NCBI GenBank assembly: GCA_036785375.1
Contig: JAWMAR010000034.1
Span: forward strand, 372,001-436,000
Direction: 5' to 3'
Source: Leucoraja ocellata
Lineage: Eukaryota
Length of the DNA stretch: 64,000 nt
In this document: piece after piece, positions 13,001 through 28,000 of the stretch
How positions within the stretch are numbered: the stretch's first letter is position 1
How the letters are laid out: each line of letters opens with the position of its first letter
Translations under genes and position numbers: made by a program
Notes under the pieces: generated by a model
Told to the model about the DNA's origin: nothing
What the model saw: only the letters and a program-made list of their open reading frames with translations
Databases searched by the model: none

Positions 13001-16000
13001 GTAATCATGCTCTTTGCAAGAGCTACCTAGTTTCATTCTTCCTGGCTATTTCCTTTTCAAATATAATTTTTTTTCAGTTCTTCTTTTAAAAGGTATTATT
13101 AAATCAGTCTCCACCAGCATTTCAGGCAGTGCATTTCAGATCATAAATGCTCTGTATAAAATAAATTCTCCTCTTCTCCTCATATTTTGGGGAAATTGCC
13201 ATAAATCCGTCTCCACTGATTATTGACTTTCCATCTCTTGAGCTTCTCCTTAGTTTAATAAACCTGTTTAGACCGTTTCAAGGAAAATGTCACATTAATC
13301 TTCTCTGCGATAAGGAGATCAATTCTAGATTTTCCATTATTCACTGCAAAGTTCACATCCTTATCTTTGACTATCATCAGCAATAATGCTTTCCATTGCC
13401 CAGAGATGCGTTTCTTTGTCTCAGTTACTACTGTGCACTCTCATAATATTTGGGCTCCTGCCCAACCACTTGTAGCTGCAGGGCCTCACACAGATTAGAC
13501 TAGGCTCTTACTGAAACCCAAAAATGTTTTCATTACCAATAACTACAACAGTTGTTGAGAGAACCTGAACAATGTTGGCCTGGTCAACATTCACTTCAAC
13601 CTTTAATTGTCCTGTGATGTGAGAGACACGCTGGAGCAATTTAGAGGACATTTAAAAGGATGGCTCTGGAGATGCATTTGACCAAACTAGATAACAATGG
13701 CAGATTTCCAACTGTGGAAGACATTATTAAATCTGGAAGCTTCAGAACATTATTATTAAGTTTGGCTTTTTAATTTCATATTCGCGTGATTATAACTGTC
13801 TTGTTGGAAAAGCCCATCTTAATAGTCCAGAGCTTTGAATAGTCATCTGGTAAGTTAAATATCAGAGCCATCTGTACCAGCAATCCCCCCGACATTCACA
13901 GCTTTGTCAACATTTACCATGAAGCTGCAGGATTTCATCGAGGTTGGAGAATATGTTTTTCACATCAGTTATGGGTATGCTGCTATCTCTCATCTTCTGG
14001 TAAAAGATCACATCTAGAACCTTCAGCATTCGGATGTGAGCACGCTCCGTGTGGAAAAGTTCTGCACAAGATAATCAGAGAACAAGACACACAAATCTAT
14101 AACTAATGAGAAACACTGCAGATTAGAGTCAGTGCTCATGGTAAACTCCCACATATGGATTTGCCAAATCTGAACTAAAAATGAACAAATCACTTGCCAA
14201 AAGTCAATAGTCGTGATGCCTCCTGGTGCGAAGGCCATAATCCTCTGCATTGTCTCCATGTGTGGCTGACCTTAATAGGCCCCTAGATTTGCTGACATCT
14301 CAACAGCAGTCCCACCACCTCATCCCCCACTTCACATCCTCACTGAGATTGCTCAGAACTTTTCATTCTTCCCAGGATCCTCAAGATATTCCCCATTTTC
14401 CCTGGGATCCTCCAGACACTTCCTATTGTTCCATGTATTTCCTGTCATTTAGCAATCTCAAATGCATCTAACATTCCACTGAATCCACTTCCATACACAT
14501 CCCACCAATCCCTGGCATTGTCTCGCTCTCCAAAAGCCCTACCAATACTGCTTGTCCCCAAACCAGACGGTCCTCCCTATCCTTAATGATCCCAACCCGT
14601 CACTAACTCTTGCCTTACCGTTAATAACTTCCTGCCTCTTGATCTCGTGCGGTTTCAAGCCAGACAGGACATCCCGGCTAACCAGCTGCTGCCAATTGGC
14701 TGGGTCCTGCTCCACATCCGACAAGTGCATTTGATCGTCCTCCGTCTGGCTCAGGGAGTGAGTCTGAGAACCAGCCTCGGTCCATGCTCCATACCCATGC
14801 CCATCCCCTCTAGGAAACAAGATCATAAATATTACTGCAAGTTGAGGACCAGAGAATACAATAACAGTACATACAGAACCGCACCAGTCCCACCATCTCA
14901 TCCCCAGAATCCACATCTTCACTGAGATTGCCCAGAAGATCGCAGGGCCAGGAGAATAAACAAATGGGACTAATTCAAAAGAACCACCACAAGCATATTG
15001 GGCAGAATGGCTTCCAATTCATTTTATGATGTACAGGAGAAACTATTTGGCCCAAAATACTTGCAGTGTCAGCAGAGAGAGATCAAATACCCCACCCATT
15101 GTTTCTGCAACTTGACAGAAAGAACTTGGGAAATTGATTGGCTACCAATTTACAATACTGCATTTACAATACTGGTAGCAATATCACAGGAGAAATCCTA
15201 ATTAAAACAATGCACATTGTGCAAATGAGGATTATGTTCTTTCTTTGGAACTAATCCCTAGAGTGCTGGTGGGAATTAAGTTGTTGTTTCACCGTTTCAT
15301 AGTTGTAGCCATCTGTACCTCAATGTTATGCAGTGACAGATCAGTACGTACCAGTGCTGTATTTTGGTGATATATTCATAGACTAATGTCCAACGGTATT
15401 GCTTCTCAGTGAAACCCTGGTACCCAGTACAATAGTAACTCACTGTTATGGTGCCAGATTTGCACTAGAATAGTTATTCACCAGCACAGCGTATGCAGTG
15501 ACAGATCAGCAACTACCATTACTATATCTGCATCAATAATGACACATTAGTTACCTAGTATTACAAAAAGGCCAGTACCCACCAGTTCTGTATCTTTGCT
15601 TTGTGTAGTTTATAGACTGTGACCAAGCCCTTGTCCTCAACAGTATTCAAACCAGTTGAAAGGAGAATGCGAGAAAAGTAAATATCTGAAGAGGGGCTAG
15701 CTAGATTCACCATTTCTCTACAGCTGCAGACATTATATTAGTAGATCCACGTTCACAAACACATCTTTACATAGCCCATTCTTAGCAAAACCCAGATTTA
15801 TTGGGAACTCACCGGCGACCTGGTTTAGGAGTACACGGGGGTGTAGAAATCTCGAGACTTCTGAAAGACAACAGAAGATTAGACAGCAGGAACACAAATA
15901 CCATAATGCAATTACCCGCAACCTTCGACACTTAACGCAAAGCGATCAGCAGACAACTACACTCTCCGACTGAACTCATCTCCTCTAAACACAACGAGAA

Positions 16001-19000
16001 GTGGTTCCCGGTGAGATATACAAGCCATCAGATCCTTCAAGTCCTGATCCAGTTGATCAGATGTGCTTCGCTCTGCAGCTGCTTTGCTAAATTGATCACA
16101 GAAAATTACTCACTTCTCTGACTCTCGGTCCTCCTCCATCACCTGATCGAGGGTGGATAGCTCGAAGGCTGACTTTGGTGTAGAAGTGCTGGAATCCCCA
16201 ATGAATAAGTTGTCTGCTAACATCTTCAATGTCGCAGGTGTTGCAGGAGCAGAATCTGAGAAGGATAGAGGCAATTAGAGAGAAAGAATCATGTATACAT
16301 CCGAGAACATTCTGCTGCTATTCCCCCATCATTTCTCACACTCATTTTTTAATGTTGACATGCTCCGTTTCAATCACACCCGTGAAAGGAGAGAAACAGT
16401 GATGCAGAGCAAGAGAGCCAAATGAGAAAGGGAGAGGGAGAGGTGTGGACTGGGGTAGAGTAGGGGGTGAGCAAAGCCCAAATTGGTTAATAGGACAGGA
16501 AAGGGCAGTGGGAGGGTAACGTGACAAAAACTGGAAAAGAGAGTGGAGGGGAAATGAGAGAGGGTGAGAAAAGGAGGGAGAATGAGTAGTATGGAGCAGA
16601 GAGAGGGAAGATGATCGATAAAAGCAGAGACAACAACTTATGACAATAGTCATCACATACAAATTATTTTGTGTTGGGTGCTGGATACAATTCATTGCAC
16701 TGCATTTCCCGGGTACCTGTTTCGCTCTCTGAGATCCCATCATGAACAACGTTGGCCGACGCTGGACCTGATGAGCCGGTCACCGCTGACTGATCGCTTC
16801 CCTCGCTGAAGAATGGAATAGATTTTGACCTCTCGCTGTGGTCAGAGTGAGAAGCAGATCGGCTATATGGTCCCATTTGCCTCTGATGCAGTAACTTGGC
16901 CTTTTCAACTAAACAAAGATGTCACAGATCAGTCTCCTGATGCTTTGATCCTACATTTAATAAAGAATAGCCAAATAGCGCACTGCACGTCCAAGTCCCA
17001 CTTACTCGCGTTGCGATCCTGTTTGCTTGTGCGCCGGATGGGGTCCAGGATGCTCTGGAAACGTTTCCTTTTCTCATCATCTTTCACAGTCTCCTTTTCT
17101 TTCTTTACACTTGGCTGTTGGTAGTGCAATGATTAAAGGCAGAATAAGACCACAGGTAGAATTACGCCCCAACTGATAACACCAGAAGTGGACAACTAAT
17201 CAGCACATCGGCTAAACTGCCAATTAAGTCTGCAGCATTCACAATTCTTACTGCTCTCAAAAGCCCGGAGAGAACATCTTTACTCACCATCCCAAACTGA
17301 AACCAATTAAAAATGCCAGCTCTTCTCCTCCATGAAAACCTGATAGTCTACATCACAAAACACCCACCCCAACGTTAAATTTCTCATCAATTTAGAACTG
17401 AACGGATCTCACTTTTCCATTCTTATTACTAACTTCGGTATCACAGCACTGCAACCAATTTGATTCACTCCAGGGAATATCGAGAAATAGCTGGATCCAG
17501 CACTAGCCATGGTCCCAACAATATCCTGGTTGTATACTCTAGAATTAATAGCACCTCTATCCAAATCAGGCACGTGCCTTCAGGGTAGGGAAGGTAGGCA
17601 CTGCCTACCCTGACTAAAATTATAAAATGATAATTATTAAATATAAATAGTAAAGGCACGGGAGAATTATGCATACCTAAGAGATCGATCTCTGAGGCAG
17701 GCATAATTATCCGTGCCTTTCATCCTACAGCAGTACGTGTAATACAGGAAAGTGGGTGCAGCCCACGTGCCCTAGTCGCTGCTTCAATCCGTCAATTTCA
17801 AACAGAGCTGAAGGCAGCTGAAATTCTGCCTTTGCAGCGTGACTGTGTACTGAGTATGCGCAGCGCAAGTGGGAAGCGGACAGCGCCGCTGTGGGGGGGG
17901 GGGGTTGCGGGAGGGCAGGAGCATTGAGAAGGAGGGGGTCGGAGATCATGCCAGAGCAACCAGCTCAAGAGCAGGTCAGCGGGCGATGGATAACAGGACA
18001 GCGGGCGGTGGAGCTTACTCCATGTGTCAGTGCAAGTAACCTCAATTGGTCCCTTGTTCGCGCTGACACAGGAGTTTCCACTGCCCGCTGTCCTGTTATC
18101 CATAGCTCCGCTCTATGATCTTTGCTCTTGAGCTGGTCCCCTCACTGTTCAAAAGGAGAGCACTGCCAGAGGCGAGCGGGCCGGCAGAAGGCGCTGAGGT
18201 CCGGCGGCCGCTCACAGCCACCCGAGCTACCTCCCTCCCCGGCCACAATGCTGTGGCTCAGCGCCCGGAGAGCCGCGGCAGCAGTGAGTGAGTCGCTGGC
18301 ATGATCCCCGACTCCCTCCTTCTCAACGCTCCTGCCCTCCCCGCAACTTTACCCCTGGCTAGACTCACTACACGCTCTGAAAGGAACTCTCCCCCCAATT
18401 GGTTCCTTGAACTAGTATTGTCATTCAATAAGATCGCAACTGATTTAACTTGTCCTGGTGCACTCCCGTTTTTCCCCACCATCTCTTCACCTGCCATCAC
18501 GCTCCACCCATTCAATAATTCAGAATGAAGGAGATTTGGAAGCCTTGGGCAAATTGAATTGTTACTTTCTTTATTTTTATTCTTTATTTTTACGGAGAGG
18601 AGAACAATCTGCACATGCGCGGTTTAAGAATTTTTAAAAGCCGACTGACTGCCTACCCCGAGTAATTACTCACGGCATGTGCCTGATCCAAATGCTATAG
18701 ACACATACCTTCTTCTTTGGGAAGAATGCAACTCGTAACCTGCGATCTCTGTCCAGGTTCCTCGAATCCTTCACTTTCACGCCAAGCTGCTTCATATAGA
18801 TGAGAATCACATCCGCAACCGAATTACTGCCACAGAAAGAGAGAGTGGGAATGCAACTCAAATTTCACTGTACCTTAGTTGGTTAAGTGACAATAAATAC
18901 AAACTTGAACTTGAAGAGTCTACTGTTTGCCAGGAAAAATATCACTGCTCAAAGAGGAAGGACAGACATTTTTGAGCGCCAGGAAAAGGGCTGTTTATTA

Positions 19001-22000
19001 GCTAACATTGGGTGAAGATGACTTGTTTCACTAAGAAAAGCAGGTATTCAAACGTGAATGAAAGGCTTAACGTAAATCAATGAGTTTAGCTGAAAAATAC
19101 CGTTTTCAGTGATTGCAATATGCAACGAAGAACAGGAATATTGAAAATATAGATGGGTACATTAAACACGTCATTTGGCCCGTTATGCAGTTGAGGTGAA
19201 GTTAAGCAGCTAATTGTCAAACTTACCTTTTTTCTTCTTCAGACGGGGACAAAGTCGCTCTAAAACCAAAAAACAAAAATAGTGAGTAATTTGACAACAT
19301 GAACAAACAAGGAAAGTCCAGCAGGTTCAATCATTCAACTATAACTAAGAATGACAAGTCCCAGTTTGATGAACAAATTACTCCTAAACAGCTTGAGACC
19401 TGTGTGGGAAGTGTAGGCTAAGTAGTGGTGAGCCAGAAGACATAAAATAATTGGGAAGGAGTACAGGAACACAAATGAAAACCACTCAGAAGAGAGACAA
19501 GGTGTATAAGTACAAGTTGAAGTCATGTTGCATCTCTACAAGACTTTGGTCCGGCTGCATTTGGAGTATTGCGTGCCGTTCTGGTCAGCCCATTACAGCA
19601 AGAGGAGGGGGCGCAGAGAAGGTTTACCAAAATACTTCCTGTATTAGTGGGTTTAAATTACAAGGAGAATATGGATAAACTTGGATCATTTTCTCTGGAA
19701 TGGCAGAGGTTGAGGGGAGACTTGATAGAAGTATATAAAATTATGAGAGGCATAGATAGGTTAGATAGTCAAAACCTTTTTCCCCCTAGGGTGGAAATGA
19801 GCAACACTAGAGAGCAGAGTTATAAGGGGAGAAGGAGAAAGTTTAAAGGAATTGTGCAGGGCAAGTTTTAGATTTGATTGTGGAGTTCAAGAGCCTTTTA
19901 GATAGGCACAAGGAAGTGCAAGGGATATGGATCATGTACAGGCAGATTAAATCAGTTTAACCTGGCATCATGTTCAGTGCAAACATTGTAGGCCAAAGGA
20001 CACTCTTTCCTGTGCACAACTATTTTCTGTTCTAATGTAGGGCAAAGATTAATAGGAGGGTTCAGTGACAGGGCTGAGGCAAGTTTGGACATGGCGGGGA
20101 ATATTCACACGCATATATGTGCAAGTTACAAGGGATTATGATAAAGCGACAATAATAGACGTGGTTTAAAGGAGGGGCTTCATAATCCTCGGCACAACAT
20201 ATTCAGGAGAAATTGTGAAAGAGAGAAGATGATGGTAGATGTGGGAATGGGCCTATTGCATGCAAGACGGTAAAGAGCTGTAAGGAAATGTGACAAAAAT
20301 TAGGATTTTGGATCTGTGTTGTAAAGGGAGGGCAAAAATCTCAGCATGACATGGGAATCATAATGTCAGTTGAGGGAGTGCAACTGAAAAGTAATAAAAC
20401 AAATAGCAGGAGTAAATAACAGGTTGTAACACAGAAAAACCTCAAGGATCTGAGTGTTCCATATCAGGTTCGGAAAACTGTAGTGCAAAGACTGCAAGTA
20501 CATTGATCACGATTTTCCAAAACATTCCAAACATTTTGAATTCGACAATTGTAATTGTAATACTGTTCTTTAAGGCTGGTGGAAGTAAAATCTAGAACTC
20601 AATAGAACGAAATTAACACATCATTAATCCAGATAGAGACTGGATAATTGAATGAGTCGGAGCTGATCACAGTATGGATTTGGAGGTCATCAAATATCTA
20701 AGTTGAATGAATCTTGTCCTGAGGCCAACAACGCATCCACATCCAGCTGCCTTCCCAGAGCCCTTGCTTGCAACCAGACAATCTGAAACTTAAGGCCTGC
20801 AACAATAATCCCTTGAGGGCTGGATTTTAAACCGATACTTACAGGACCTCGTCGATCTTCTGTAACAGTTGCTCTGCACACACCCGCTCCTTCTGTTCTG
20901 CTGCCACGCGATCTCGCATTCGCTCTGCATCTAACTTAGCCAATTCATTCTCTCCGATTGTCATTCCCATATTCCGTTTTTGTCTGTTGGAGTACAAATA
21001 TAGATTACATTTAATCCTCTCAGACACAGCTTTGAACCAGCCAACTCCATTATGAAATCTCAAAGCAAATGGCTAAACAGACGAGTGATTGTATTGTCAT
21101 TGGTCAAATAGATAACATATTTACAATTAGTCAGACTCTTACCATGGTTCTGGTACATAACATGGAGTGCAAAGGTCTGGAATGCAAATCACAAATGAAC
21201 AATACATAAAACTGAAAAGAGTGCAGCACAGGAGCAGGCCCTTCAGCCACACTGTCTGTGCCGAACATGATGCCAAGTTAAATTCATCTCTTCTGCCTAC
21301 ATATGATCCATGTCCCTCCATTCCTTGCATGTCCATGTGCCTGTTTAAAATCCTCTTAAATGCCACTATTATATGTACTTCCACCACCATCCCAGGCAGC
21401 ATATTCTAGGCATTTACCATGGATGGCACAGCAGCACAGCTGGCAGAGCTGTTACCTCAGTGCCAGAGACCCAGGTTTGATCCTGACCTCAGGTACTGTC
21501 TGTGTGAAGTTTGCAATTTCCCCCTGTAACTGTGGTTTATTCCAGGCGTTTTCTGGTTTCCTCCCACATCCCAAAGACATGGAGGTTTGTAAGTTAACTG
21601 GCCGCTGTAAAATCGCCCCTAGTGTGCAGAGAGAGGATGAGAAAGTGGAATAAGATAGAACTAGTGTGATCGGGAGATCGATGATCAGTGTGGACTTGAT
21701 GGGCCAAATGGGCCGGTTTCCAGACTGCATCACTAAACTAAACGCCACTGCCATTTCTCAGCTCATATCTGTAACTGAACTATTCCCACCGTATCCTTTG
21801 GTAGCCTTCTTCATTGTCTGCAACCACCAATTTTGTCGTCTTCAAACTTACGAACCAACCCACCTACAATTATGTCCATGTACATTACCAGAGGTTCCAG
21901 CACAGATCGCTGCAGAACACCACTGGTCATAGGCCTCCAGCCAGAATAACACCCATCCTCCACCACCCTCTGTCTTTAGAGGGTGTAGTAAATCCAAACC

Positions 22001-25000
22001 ACCAAGTGGATCCCATGCATTTTAATCCTCTGGATCAGACTACCACGAGGGACTTGATCAAATGCCTTAGTAAGAGCCATACAGATAACATCCACTGACC
22101 TACTCTCAACAATCACCTTAGTCACCTCCTCCAAAAAACAGAATCGCATTGGGGAATGCAGGAAGAGGGAATCAGACAAGGGACAAGGAAGCAAAACTGT
22201 ACCCAAACATTCTCGACAAAACCGCAGGAACCATTAAAGTATATGAAATGGATGGAATGGTAGGGACAGGTAGTAGAACTCTGTATCTCTGGCAAACATA
22301 AAAATGAGGCAGGAAACATGGCTATATATATCTCTATATATCTACTGCAAAACTGCAAGAAACCTTAAGGATGTATTTCCAATCTTCCAAGGAAAAGATT
22401 AGTTAAGATAAATGTGGGTCCCTTGAAGACAGAAACAGGTGAATTTATTATGGGGAACAAGGAAATGACAGACGAGTTGAACAGGTACTTTGGTTCTGTC
22501 TTTACTAAGGTAGACACAAACAATCTCCCAGATATACTAGGGGACAGAGGATCAAAGGTGATGAAGGAACTGAAGGAAATTCACATTAATCAGGAAATGG
22601 TGTTGGGTAGACTGATGGGATTGAAGGCTGATAAACCCCCAGGGCCTGATGGTCTGCATTCCAGGGTACTCAAGGAGGTGGACACATTGGTGATCATTTT
22701 CCAATGTTCCATAGATTCTGGATCAGTTACTGTGGATTGGAAAGTAGCTAATGTAAAGAAAGGAGGGACAGAGAAAGCAGGGAATTATAGACCAGTTAGC
22801 CTGACATTGGTGGTGGGGAAGATGCTGAAGTCAATTATTAAAGAAGTAATAACGGTGCATTGGGATAGCAGTAAACGGATTGGTCCAGGTCAGCATGGAT
22901 TTATGAAGGGGAAATCCTACTTGACTAATCTTCTGGAATTTGAGGATGTGACAAGTAAAATGGATGAAGGAGAACCAGTGGATGCAGTGTATCTGGACTT
23001 TCAGAAAGCCTTTGATAGGGTTCCACACAGATTAGTGAGCAAAATTAGAGCACATGATATTGGGGGTAAGGTATTGACATGGATAGAAAATTGGTTGGCA
23101 GGGAGTAGGAATTAACAGCTCCCTTTCAGAATGGCAGGTGGTGACTAGTGGGGTGCCGCAAGGCTTGGTGCAGGGAACGCAGCTGTTTACAATATATATT
23201 AATGATTTAGATGCATGCTTACTTTCAATGACTGATGAACAAGGAGCCCCAGATCTCGTACTTCCCCTTTTCCCCAACTTGACACCATTCAGATAATAAT
23301 CTGCCTTCCCGTTTTTGCCACCAAAGTGGATAACCTCACATTTATCCACATTAAACTGCATCTGCCATGTAACTGCCCACTCACTCAACCTGTCTAAGTC
23401 ACCCTGCATCCTCATAGCATCCGCCTCATAGTTCACACTGCCACCCAGCTTTGTGTCATCTGCAAATTTTGAATCCCTTCATCTAAATCATTGATGAATA
23501 TTGTAAATAGCTGCAGTCCCAGCATCGAGCCTTGCGGCACCCAACCAGTCACTCGTGTATGATTAGATTGCAATCATCCATGGTATGATCGGCCTGTACA
23601 GCACGCAAATCCAAATTATTCTACTGTATCTCGGTATACCACGTGACAATAATAAACCAATACCAATGCCAGGGGACTGGGAAAGAGAGGAATGCGTTGA
23701 TGGTGGCTCATCTCTTCCCTTGGACACGTCAGTTCTATTACATTGCATGGATTTGTTGCTTGGGACTTGCTCTGGTAGTTCATGATGGCAGTGACTCTGT
23801 GCTTACCTGAAATCTTCCAGATGTGTCTGAACATCAGGCAGGACAATGTCCTGCATCCCCTGCACACAACTACGTTGCATTTCCTCAGACTGATCTCCTT
23901 TTCTACGTTCTGAAACAATTGAACAGAGAGAACAATTACGCTGATACATTTGCCACTTATTCAACGAATGAGAGACCACATTTTGGTCATGAACACCACA
24001 TCACGAAACAAATTGGAGCATTTACCTCTGGTTAGCAGCTCTGTACAGAAGCAGTAGAAATGTCCTCCTTGCAGGTGAGCTTGTCTCTGGCTTACACTCC
24101 TCCACATTGAAATATGAAAACCAGTTATGGTTTAATGCCACCAAGACTGGTGGTGGAGCACAAACGTGCTGGAGGTTGGAGCAGAGGCACTCGCACATAC
24201 CCCTCAACTTTACACCAGATGAGCAGTTTATTTTTAAAATCTTATTGTTTCAAGCACTTTTTTATTATTTTTGTAATTATTTAAGACCGAATTTCTTTCA
24301 AATGTGCTTGATTACCAGAACAATTAAAAACAATTTAGTGATCTTTTTGACACTAGTAAATGTCAAAAGGATTTAAGGCATTTGACAGGTCTCAGAGTTC
24401 ACCACCAAGGCTAGTCACCCCTTCATGATTCTAGAGTATAAAGGATCAACGTGACTTGTTAAGTGAATGTGGGCGAGTGCGATAGGAAGCAAATTCTAAG
24501 AACAGATGGATGTAGGATCAGCTCGGAATAATATGTATCAATATTAAACATAATCAGAGCAGGCAATTGCAGAGCAAATATTTCAATTCACTCAATAGTT
24601 AAAAAGAGAACACTAAACTGTTATTGAGACACCAGGGGTTCAACATTTTTAACGGTATTGGAGGTGTTGGCACAAAATAAGTCCTAAATTGCAAACTGAT
24701 TTATCCAGTGTCGATTGATCTCAGTGATACAATCTGTTGACCACCTGTGTATAGGTTGGGCCGAAGGGTCTGTTTTCATGCTGTATAGCTCTATGACCCT
24801 AATGGCAAAAGGGCTTGCGATCACTATGATGTACGCAGACTGTTCAGATCCAAGGAGTTGTTTTTATTCGATTTCAGGAAGCATCGATTACAGGTAATGT
24901 CAGCACGATAGAAAATAATATAATCACATGCATTCTTCAAGATTCAGATTAGACCATGTTCTCTCGAGTATTGGAAGCAACAGGCCCGTGAGGTGCTGCT

Positions 25001-28000
25001 GAAGATAATTTGGCAAGTTGCAACAGAGCAACCTTTACGTAGAACTGACGCTACGTGGCACTGGATACCAAAGAGCGAGCAACAGTCCAAACCGTTTCGG
25101 AGTTGGAGACACCTGGATTGTTATTTTGTGTGTTATTAAGCGGCATTGTCATTCTTCCTATATCAAGCCATTTAGTCAAAGTAGTGAATGCACCTGGGTC
25201 TCATGAAAAATATAGGTTTGGAAACATATTGGCTTTGGGGACTTACCTAGTTCTGTGCTGATCCATTCTGGTACGTGAACTTTGAGATTCTGGGAGAAAA
25301 TGCAGAACGAAAATGCAATGAATAAACCAATAGGTAAATGCAAAGTGGCATAAACACCATAATGCAAGCAACATTGAAGCTTTAATCATTAATTGCTACA
25401 AACACACATTATTTTGCATCCACAGTAGTGAACAGCAGAACAAGGCAGTATCCACTGTTCGTGGTTTCATAGATGTTATGTTCAACAACTTGAATGTTAT
25501 TGCTATGGTGTTATTGAATATATATATATATCAAAGATTGATCTATAGATACTATAAACCATACTAGGACATAAGCATTCAAGTTGTTCCAGATAGCACA
25601 TAATCCTTGTGCCAAAAGTCTGGACAATTCCAAGATACAGAAAGTGTCACAGCACTATTGCACTGTACGACTCACCGAGCCCTTCTCAAGGAAAAGGTGG
25701 CAAAACTCGAGAAAAATCCGTCGATGATCCTTGGAGTTTGTGTGATGGTAGAGATCGGCGTAGAGGTAACAGAGCTGAGTAGAAAAGAATAAACCACTAA
25801 CTATTAAAAAGCAATTACCAGTAAAACCGATCTCTTGTCCAAAAACTAAACAGCCCTTTTCATCACTGGCAGTTCTAATACAAAAAAGTGACCCTTCCCA
25901 AACGTCAAGACCACACCTATACACAAACCCCAGCACCAATCTTCACCATCTGTCCACACCCTTATAGCTGACACTACAACTTTTGCTCTCAAGCAAAAAA
26001 AAAACTGCTGGAGGAGCTTAGCGGGTCAGGCAGCATCTGCAGAGGGAATGGTCAGGCTGATGGAACAAAGCTGGAAAAGAAAGGTGGGGGTGAGAAAGGG
26101 AATAAGGTGAAAAGGAGACAAAAGAATGTCAAATATGATATGCAGTTGAAGAGGGATATGGGTGGAAAGGAAAGGGGGAGGCGAAAGAAGAAATATCAGA
26201 CTTTGGAATTGGAGATAAGCATACATTCGCAAGATTGAGCATAGACTGGGCAACTGTTTTGCTGAACTCTTGCACTGTCTACGAAGGCTGCTGGAGCTCC
26301 CAGTTGCTAACTCCCCTTCTCATACTGATCTTCCTGTCCCGGACTTCATCCGTAGCCAGAGTGGGGCCACACGCAAACCGGAGCAACAGCATTACATTTT
26401 CTCCTGGGTAGCTTACAACTTAATGGTACGAACATTGAATTCTCCAAGTACAAGTAATACTCCACCTACTGCCCCTCTCTTTCCCCTGCCCCGACCCATC
26501 ATTTTATCCTTCAGCCTCTTTAAAGGCACATACATTTCTCCCTTCCTTATACACCCACGACTGAGAAGCCAAATACAAATGCAACTCAGTTTATAAATTT
26601 GCAGATACCACTGTACTGGGTCGGATATCAAATAATGACGAGATGGGGTACAGGAAGGAGATTGAGAACCTCGAAACCTGGTGCCAGTCAACAAACTTTG
26701 CCTCAATGCCAGCAAGACAAAGGAGACTATGATCGACATCAGGAAGCAAAGCAGTACACATACCCAGGTATACATTGAAAGTGCCGAAGTGGAGATGATC
26801 AAAAGCTTCAAGATCCTCGGAGTAAACATCCCCAGCGACTTGTCCTGGACCAGCCATATCAAAGCAATGGTCAAGAAAGCACACTACGCCTCTACTCCCT
26901 TAGAAGACTTAGGACGTTTGTCATGTTCCCGATATCCCTCACCAAGTTCTACAGATGCTCCGTAGAAAGTATTTTATCAGGATGCATCATAGCACGGTTT
27001 TGGAGCAGCTCGACCAAGACCACATGAAATTGAAGAGAATTGTGGACATAGCCCAGACCGTCATGCAAACCAGCCTCCCTTCCATCAACTCCATCGACAC
27101 TGCCTCGGCAAGACTACCTACATAATCAATGTTGAGTCTCACGCCAGGCGCTCTCTCTTCTCCCATCACACAAGAGATACAGAAGTGTGAAAATACATAA
27201 CTCCAGATGCAGGGAGTCGGAGAACGACTTCGAGAACTCCAAGCCACAGGAGCGTCGATCGTCACGACGCGGGAGTTTCGATCGCCCCGGCCGCAGGAGA
27301 ATAAAGGAAAAAGATTGGACTTTATTGCTTTCCATCACAGTGGAGAACCTGCTGTGGTGGATGTTTATGTTAACCTTTTATGTAGTTGTGTGTCTTATTG
27401 CTTTTTTAGTATGGCTGTATGGTCATTTGAATTTCACTGTACCTTAATTGTTACATGTGACAAAAAACTGACCTTGAAACCTTGACGGACAGTTTCTTCC
27501 CAGCTGTTATCAGGCAACTGAACCAACTAGAGAGTGGTCCTGACCTACCGACTACCTCTTTGGTAACCCTCACACTATCTTTAATCGGAGATTACTGGGC
27601 TTAATCTTGCCTGTTCATTCCCTCCACACGTGCTGCTTATCCTGCTGAGTTACTCCAGCGGTATGTATTTTTGCTCGGGGTTCTATCACCTGCAGACACG
27701 TGTCTGAACTTTACCTCTCACCTTAGTTCATGATCCTTACCAATGGAGCTGCCTCAAACTGAGACACGACATGATGTAAAAATGCAACCAAATGTGCCGG
27801 CCGGGATTTCACCAGGTCAATAGTTTGGAAACAGCTGCACTGGACATCAGTCTGTAAAGTGAGCAGACAGCAATTACAATCTAGGTAGTTTCACACTACC
27901 TCTGGTCAAATTAACTTCAGCAATGGACACTTACCTGCTCAGCTTCGGTATCAAAATCATCATCCTCCGCTCCAATTATCGGCACTGCAACTCGTGGTGG

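Noticed and set aside
15325-15660. Degenerate repeats of tgcagtgacagatcag / taccag
   Set aside because: Looks like a decayed minisatellite; too degenerate to define a unit.
17725-18614. GC-rich region as a CpG-island promoter or small genes
   Set aside because: It lies entirely within a TSD-bounded hAT element; the ORFs mirror each other because of the inverted repeats.
21421-21500. tRNA gene
   Set aside because: Degenerate tRNA-derived SINE head continuing into a SINE body; no intact cloverleaf.
22414-23115. Longest ORF (233 aa) as a host gene or active RT
   Set aside because: It is a truncated, frameshifted CR1 ORF2 fragment with internal deletions.
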